Source: Candidatus Altiarchaeales archaeon
Lineage (GTDB): Archaea; Altiarchaeota; Altiarchaeia; IMC4; SCGC-AAA252-I15
Direction: 5' to 3'
DNA: 64,000 nucleotides
Assembly: GCA_014727915.1 (NCBI GenBank)
Contig: WJMO01000006.1
Span: 1-64,000 of the forward strand
Positions within the stretch are counted from its first letter, which is position 1; each line of letters starts with the position of its first letter. Shown here piece after piece: positions 58,856 through 64,000 of the stretch. The notes under the pieces were generated by a model, which saw only the letters and a list, made by a program, of their open reading frames with translations, was not told the DNA's origin and searched no databases. The position numbers and the translations under genes were made by a program.

Positions 58856-60201
58856 GGCAGACGCTCGTCGAACCTGCCACGCCTCAAAACCACGGTCAAG
58901 CACCTCTCAGAACCGCCTGCGCAAACGTACTCCTCAAAGCCGTCCACTGGCCTGACCGAGTAACCCAGCTTCCCGTATACGTCATGGGCTGCCATGTCAA
59001 GTGTCCTGAGAGAGTAGGTTGGCGTCCAGACGTTCCTCACATGAGCTCCATCGCCTCCTATGTAGTTCTCCTGCAGGACGTTGTTGTAGGTTACGGCCAT
59101 GTTGGTCTGCCCTCTCTCCGGCAGGGGCAGGTAGGGTATCCACCGGACGTCATGCCCACGCTCGCGCATCATATCAGGGTAGTCTTCTATCATCCCATGC
59201 AGTCCAGGCACACCCTCCACCAGGTCAGCCCAGTAGTCGACTGACATCGCCTCCCTATCATCCGCCTTTACCTGGGGCATTATGTGGAATGAGAAGTACT
59301 GCTTCTCGCTCTTCGGCAGGGACCTAAGCAAGCGGGCGCCCCATAGCGGGTTGCCCACAACTAGGATGTTGTCCCTGGGTTCCCCGTCGACATACGTCGG
59401 ACCCAGCGGCGTCGCCCACATGTCGATGTGCTCAGGGTACAAAGACCTCACATCGCCTGAATCGCGTTCAGGATAGGGCGGTTCGATTATCTCGACGGGT
59501 TTGCCGGCGGCGGCCGACATCCGCTCGACAGCGTTTTCGGGGGTGACATCCATGAGCCCGACAATGTCGGGCGAGCACAGCACCTTCTTGTCGGTGGCGA
59601 CCGCGAAACCCCCCGGACTCAGAAGGCTATACTCGTCCATCAGCCTGAAGAACCTGCCATCATCGTTGATGACCCTCCGGACGAAACGCGGGCTGGATAG
59701 CGTCGTTGGCACACCAGCAGTATGTGACCCGCTCTGATACATCGTCAGAAGGTCCCTCATCCACTCATGGTGTGTAGGGTTGGCTGCGCCCTCGGTAGAG
59801 GTTATTGTGACCGGCCTGTCAGCCAATCCAACGTCATGCAATTCCTGCCTCAACCCCTTAGCCTCCGCATCGTCATAAGCCAGTATCTTGAACCTCACAG
59901 ACGGCCCCATCTGACCCATCAGGGAGAATATCACCCGCTTGGTATCATGGTCGTGGTTCACCATGCACACCTCCGCTATCCTACCGTGTGTGTCGCTCAT
60001 CATGCGAAAGCCCTTTGAGTCCAGTTCAAAGGGGAGCACAAGCTGGTTTTGGGACGGGCGGGCGACCCTGTGGCGCGTGTCATCCGACATGGAGTCATCA
60101 ACGGCGGGCCTGCCGTGGCAGAGGGCATCATCGACAGCAGGCCTCCCGGAGCATGCCATGGAGCGAACAGCCTTCGTCCTTTTGGTCCTGTCCACGGCCA
60201 T
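58852..60201 (-). CDS. Amidinotransferase/peptidylarginine-deiminase (pentein) superfamily protein
   Basis: WMRD, GG, HIDM, TYNN and terminal GGSERCLT motifs resemble the pentein Asp-His-Cys catalytic set. Confidence 0.65.
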   Translation of the reverse strand: MAVDRTKRTKAVRSMACSGRPAVDDALCHGRPAVDDSMSDDTRHRVARPSQNQLVLPFELDSKGFRMMSDTHGRIAEVCMVNHDHDTKRVIFSLMGQMGPSVRFKILAYDDAEAKGLRQELHDVGLADRPVTITSTEGAANPTHHEWMRDLLTMYQSGSHTAGVPTTLSSPRFVRRVINDDGRFFRLMDEYSLLSPGGFAVATDKKVLCSPDIVGLMDVTPENAVERMSAAAGKPVEIIEPPYPERDSGDVRSLYPEHIDMWATPLGPTYVDGEPRDNILVVGNPLWGARLLRSLPKSEKQYFSFHIMPQVKADDREAMSVDYWADLVEGVPGLHGMIEDYPDMMRERGHDVRWIPYLPLPERGQTNMAVTYNNVLQENYIGGDGAHVRNVWTPTYSLRTLDMAAHDVYGKLGYSVRPVDGFEEYVCAGGSERCLTVVLRRGRFDERLP

Positions 60202-60273
60202 GTTAAGGATTAGGAGCAGTGACGATATAAGCTTCCTGAAGGTTTTTTTACTGCTAACGTAAATGTTAAGAGG

Positions 60274-61083
60274 GTGAAGCTGATACTATACTCCCAGGAG
60301 GACCTGGCAGGCTCGAACATAGCGCGCATCCTCGTCAACAGCCACGGGTTCTCAGAGTCCGGGGAATACTATTACGGCTCTCCCATACACAAGAAGAAGG
60401 ATGTGCTGTTGATAGGCACCCACACTTCCGTCCGGGACCTGGTTGAAATACCCTTCGACCCTGAAGTCTGCCTGGTCGCGTCCAGGCACAGGTCCGACAG
60501 CGGGAAGCCCACGCTCACATGCCATGCCACGGGAAACTATGGGAGGGCAGACCTTGGAGGGAGGGAGAACACTCTGCAGTTGACCCACGCCCACTACCTC
60601 AGGGAGGCCCTGCTCATGCTGAAGGATAGGAAGAGGGAATACGATCTCGGATACGACGTCACATTGGAGGTTACACACCACGGCCCCACCGGGCTTCCCT
60701 TCCCGCTCCTGTTCGTGGAGGTGGGCAGCTCCGCCGTGGAATGGAGCAGCCTCGAAGCATGCAACGCCGTGTCAGAGACCATATACGACCTCATGTTCAG
60801 CAGCTTCGAGGCCAAGACCCCGGCAATAGGGTTTGGAGGCCCACATTACGCTCCGAACTTCACATTAGCAACCAGGAAATACGCGATAGGCCACATAATG
60901 CCCAAGCACGCAATGGAATCCCTGACCAAGACCATGGTGGAGGAGATGATAGAGAAGACCCTGCCTAGGGCGGAGCTTGCCATAATAGACTGGAAGGGTT
61001 TGAGGAGCAAGGAGAGGAACAGGCTCGTTGAGCTTCTGGACGAGCTGGGGGTCAGCTGGATAAAAACGAGCGATGCAAAGTGA
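60274..61083 (+). CDS. dtdA: D-aminoacyl-tRNA deacylase (archaeal DTD2)
   Basis: SRHRS...LTCHATGN, EVTHHGPT, FVEVGS and GFGGPHYAP. Confidence 0.95.
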   Translation: MKLILYSQEDLAGSNIARILVNSHGFSESGEYYYGSPIHKKKDVLLIGTHTSVRDLVEIPFDPEVCLVASRHRSDSGKPTLTCHATGNYGRADLGGRENTLQLTHAHYLREALLMLKDRKREYDLGYDVTLEVTHHGPTGLPFPLLFVEVGSSAVEWSSLEACNAVSETIYDLMFSSFEAKTPAIGFGGPHYAPNFTLATRKYAIGHIMPKHAMESLTKTMVEEMIEKTLPRAELAIIDWKGLRSKERNRLVELLDELGVSWIKTSDAK

Positions 61084-61649
61084 AAGGGCGCGCTGGATTC
61101 AAAACGGGAGCCCTCGCGGGGGTCATCATAGGCGTGTTGTTGGGTGTTTTGACGTATCAGGCAGGCGTCGGTTACGCGTGCCCCTCGAGGAACTGCGTCG
61201 GCTCGGCCGAGGTCACGCCCGTGGCCGACAGGGAGTACTTCCAGGCTGCAAGGGATGTGCTGGCCGGCGCGGAGGAGACCATACACATAGTCTCCTTCGA
61301 GGTGAAATACTACAGGTCATACCCGGATAGCCTGCAGAACCAGCTGGTCCGGGAGCTCATATACGCCCGGGAGAGGGGCGTGGAAGTAAGGGTTATCGTG
61401 GACGAGTTCAGCGAAAGCGACAACGCCTACGACCTGCTGAAGGCCAATGGAGTGGATATCAGGCATGACGGGAAGGAGACCACAACCCATTGCAAGCTGA
61501 TAATTGTAGACGGGAAGGTGGTTTTGCTGGGCTCCACCAACCTGAGCTACTACGGTTTGGAGAAGAACCACGAGGCGAACGTGAAGATAGTCGACAGGAG
61601 AACCGCGGAATACTATGAGGAATACTTCAGACAACTGTGGGGGGAATAG
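61080..61649 (+). CDS. Membrane-anchored phospholipase D-family protein (single HKD)
   Basis: HCKLIIVD...GSTN...NHE motif; N-terminal TM helix. Confidence 0.88.
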   Translation: MKGRAGFKTGALAGVIIGVLLGVLTYQAGVGYACPSRNCVGSAEVTPVADREYFQAARDVLAGAEETIHIVSFEVKYYRSYPDSLQNQLVRELIYARERGVEVRVIVDEFSESDNAYDLLKANGVDIRHDGKETTTHCKLIIVDGKVVLLGSTNLSYYGLEKNHEANVKIVDRRTAEYYEEYFRQLWGE

Positions 61650-61654
61650 CAGGG

Positions 61655-63202
61655 TTAGCAGACCTTGTACTCGGCTGCCGTGAACACCGGGCCTTTAACG
61701 CTTATCCTCTTGTTGTTGGATTCTATGAACCTCCGCGCCTTTGACGAAACTCTGATGTTAACGTCCGAGGGGCCCTTTGCCATCTTGGCCTGTATGAAGC
61801 CCATTGTCTCGCCCGCTTGTACCTGGTTCTCTATCTCATATGCGATGTAGGCTGCGACGGCATCTAGGAATGTGAAATCCGCCTTAACCCCCTTCTCTAC
61901 CACTTCGCTCACGTCCGCCTTCAGTTTACTGGTGTCCTCTGGCAGGCCGTAGACGCTGCCGTCGTGCACGTAAAGCCTGTTCAAGGCGGCGGGACCGAGT
62001 AGCATGCTGTTCTCCTCGCGTTCGACCGCGTTCACCACCACCTTCTTCCCGGATATCATGCCCTCAAAGGCCTTATGCGAGCAGGGGGACTTGTCGGTCG
62101 CATATTCCGTGTAGGTCTTCTTCAGCGACTCGGCCAGTGACCTGCCTGCCTCGGTAGCAGGGGAAGCTGATATGGATATCTCGCCCGCGAGTTCCCTGTC
62201 CGACAGATGGACTGTGCTGTAGAACTGGGGGTAGAGCAGCTCGCGTATGTCGCTGACCTTGTCCTTGACCATGAGTATGCGCTCCAGGCCGAAGCCCAGG
62301 TTGAACACGTTGTATTCTATGTCGTATTGGGCGAGGGATACGGGGGAGTACATGCCTATGTCCGCGACCTCTATGTCGCCGGAGTAGACCTCGTATTCCG
62401 TGTCAGGGGCGTAGTAGTTTGAGGTGGCCTTCTTCAGCTCGAACCGGACGTCCCCGAAGTCCAGGGTGTTCAGTATCTTCTTGGTCATGTCCATGCCGGA
62501 CTGCAAGCTTATGTCCTCGTCCATTATAACGCAGCTGCCACCATAGTGGGCTCTGAGATGTGATGAATCGACCTTCTGCTCCCTCCTGAACCTCAACCCG
62601 ACGCTGAACAGCTTCAACGGCATATCGTCCTGCATGGCAGACAATGTGGGGAACCATGCGGCGGTCATGTGGGACCTGAGGGTAGTCTTGCCGCATACGG
62701 GTTTGATGTTCTTGAACTCCGGGAACAGGTCGAGTATCTTGGCGGCCTGGTCGGTGGTCAGCTTGAACCTCCGGACCATCTCCTCCAGAACGTCGTCTCC
62801 CTCTATGCTGCCCTCACGGTATTCCCTGAACAATGCCTTCAAGCCGTCGGGTTTGACTTCCGCTATCGAGCTGACCTCGGATATCTTGTCCTTCCCCAGG
62901 CCTATGTCCGGGCGGGTCAGGCCTCCCAGGTAGTAGCAGCGGTCGAGTATGACGGGAGCTTCAGGACCGTACTGCCTGTAGACGTCCTCCTCAGGTATGA
63001 AAAGCTGGTTCTCTACCTCGTCGAATCCAAGGTCCAAGAAGGCCTTCCGCACCTTCTGGGCGAGTTCGTGAAGTGGATGGGCTCTGCCCTTGCCTGACGT
63101 GTAATCGCCTCCCTTGGAGGGTATGAGAGCTGCTGTCTCAAGCCATGCTCTGCGGTAGTCTTCCTTGGCCTGGGCCCTTATCTTCCTGGGGTCGAGTTTC
63201 AT
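61655..63202 (-). CDS. sepS: O-phosphoseryl-tRNA(Cys) synthetase
   Basis: QYGPEA..ILDRCYYLGGL.RPDIG, TLRSHMT..WF.TL, FRREQ..D..HL and NLGFGLER; start MKLDP at 63202. Confidence 0.95.
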   Translation of the reverse strand: MKLDPRKIRAQAKEDYRRAWLETAALIPSKGGDYTSGKGRAHPLHELAQKVRKAFLDLGFDEVENQLFIPEEDVYRQYGPEAPVILDRCYYLGGLTRPDIGLGKDKISEVSSIAEVKPDGLKALFREYREGSIEGDDVLEEMVRRFKLTTDQAAKILDLFPEFKNIKPVCGKTTLRSHMTAAWFPTLSAMQDDMPLKLFSVGLRFRREQKVDSSHLRAHYGGSCVIMDEDISLQSGMDMTKKILNTLDFGDVRFELKKATSNYYAPDTEYEVYSGDIEVADIGMYSPVSLAQYDIEYNVFNLGFGLERILMVKDKVSDIRELLYPQFYSTVHLSDRELAGEISISASPATEAGRSLAESLKKTYTEYATDKSPCSHKAFEGMISGKKVVVNAVEREENSMLLGPAALNRLYVHDGSVYGLPEDTSKLKADVSEVVEKGVKADFTFLDAVAAYIAYEIENQVQAGETMGFIQAKMAKGPSDVNIRVSSKARRFIESNNKRISVKGPVFTAAEYKVC

Positions 63203-63207
63203 TTCAG

Positions 63208-63558
63208 CTAGCACCATACGCCCGGGTCGCATTGGAAGTCCCCGCATCCGCTGGGACCGGCGCACAAAGCAGAGGAGGAGGTGTCACAGTATAGGCGAAG
63301 AAGGCTGCAAGCCGCCCTCACCAGTATCAGGCCTATCAGCACGTAGATCATGCCCTTCTTAGCGTCCGCCCTCTCGTTGGGGCTGTCTGCGATTATCCAT
63401 TTTATCCCTAGTATTACCAGCATGATCCAACCCAGCGCGTAGGCGACGGATTTCATGGAGGTTATCCATGCGACTATGTCGGAGGTGGCCGCGGACGCCG
63501 ACAGGGAGGCTATGTTAACCATGAAGAAGAAAATCGATATCCTGGAAATGCGCTTCAT
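63208..63558 (-). CDS. TrbC/VirB2-like pilin with Cys-rich tail
   Basis: Signal peptide ending ASA-ASA, two TM helices flanking GIKWIIADSPNERADAKK, then LLRLYCD and a Cys tail. Confidence 0.7.
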   Translation of the reverse strand: MKRISRISIFFFMVNIASLSASAATSDIVAWITSMKSVAYALGWIMLVILGIKWIIADSPNERADAKKGMIYVLIGLILVRAACSLLRLYCDTSSSALCAGPSGCGDFQCDPGVWC

Positions 63559-63591
63559 TTTGTGAAATATAGGTCCTGGGAGAATAAAAGC

Positions 63592-64000
63592 CTAGGTAGT
63601 GCAATGGCTCCTGCAGTAGTCTGCGAAAGGCGCCACTGGGGCGCTGTCATCCTTGTAGTCGCAGCCGGTGCCGAAGGTGGTCGGACAGCAGTTGTTGTTC
63701 GGCCCGGCGTCGTCTATGCATATGCAATACCTTATCACAGAGCCGGTGTACCAGTAGAATGCCCGGCAGTGGGTGAGGTAGTAGGATATTGGCGGCAGTC
63801 CGTTCACCCATACGTCGCAGCCCCCATGCCTGCAGCACTGCCACGGGTCCATTGTGGTGCAGGTGGTCGAGGAGGTGAGGGTGGTTGTTGTTACAGTGGT
63901 CGTAGTTGGAGCATTGCACCCTGGGAAGCAGTACATCGCGTAGTCGCAGTTGATTCCCGGAACCGCTGTCTGGACGTTGTCGCAGTATAGCTGCAGCATC
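63592..64000 (-). CDS. C-terminal part of a Cys-rich pilin-like paralog (truncated by window edge)
   Basis: Begins LQLYCD, matching LRLYCD in the adjacent gene, followed by a Thr-rich stalk and a Cys-rich domain. Confidence 0.55.
   Translation of the reverse strand, partial: MLQLYCDNVQTAVPGINCDYAMYCFPGCNAPTTTTVTTTTLTSSTTCTTMDPWQCCRHGGCDVWVNGLPPISYYLTHCRAFYWYTGSVIRYCICIDDAGPNNNCCPTTFGTGCDYKDDSAPVAPFADYCRSHCTT

Overview
Chromosomal window from a high-GC archaeon. The archaeal markers are PolD DP1/DP2, TFE, Pop5, prefoldin alpha, archaeal ThrRS, DtdA, Hpt and SepRS. Together with the Thr/Cys-rich surface lipoproteins and VirB2/TrbC-like pilins, these suggest Altiarchaeota/DPANN (inference). Housekeeping blocks are tRNA-Val, grpE-dnaK-dnaJ, a sugar-phosphate operon (pfkB, fbp, PPi-type pfk, aminotransferase, class II fba), tRNA-Ile, tfe, rnp2, pyrD/K/F, serA, polD, purine salvage (mtiP-dadD...hpt), rpiA-pfdA-ftsY, thrS, dtdA and sepS. 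The most striking feature is a low-GC island right after dnaJ (~5.2-19 kb). It encodes four adjacent divergent paralogs of the tetraether synthase (Tes/GDGT-MAS, MJ0619-type) radical SAM family, a B12-dependent radical SAM enzyme, a UbiA prenyltransferase, two GT-C membrane glycosyltransferases and a methyltransferase, and is bracketed by two paralogous membrane-anchored proteins. It is a candidate novel membrane-lipid or lipid-linked-glycan modification system. Other oddities are a duplicated G-string hairpin (possible origin-like element) next to a wHTH gene, permuted tRNA-Ile fragments, unexplained structured non-coding segments, and PIP-box-like tails on a radical SAM DNA repair pair. All family assignments come from motif recognition by eye; no searches were run.
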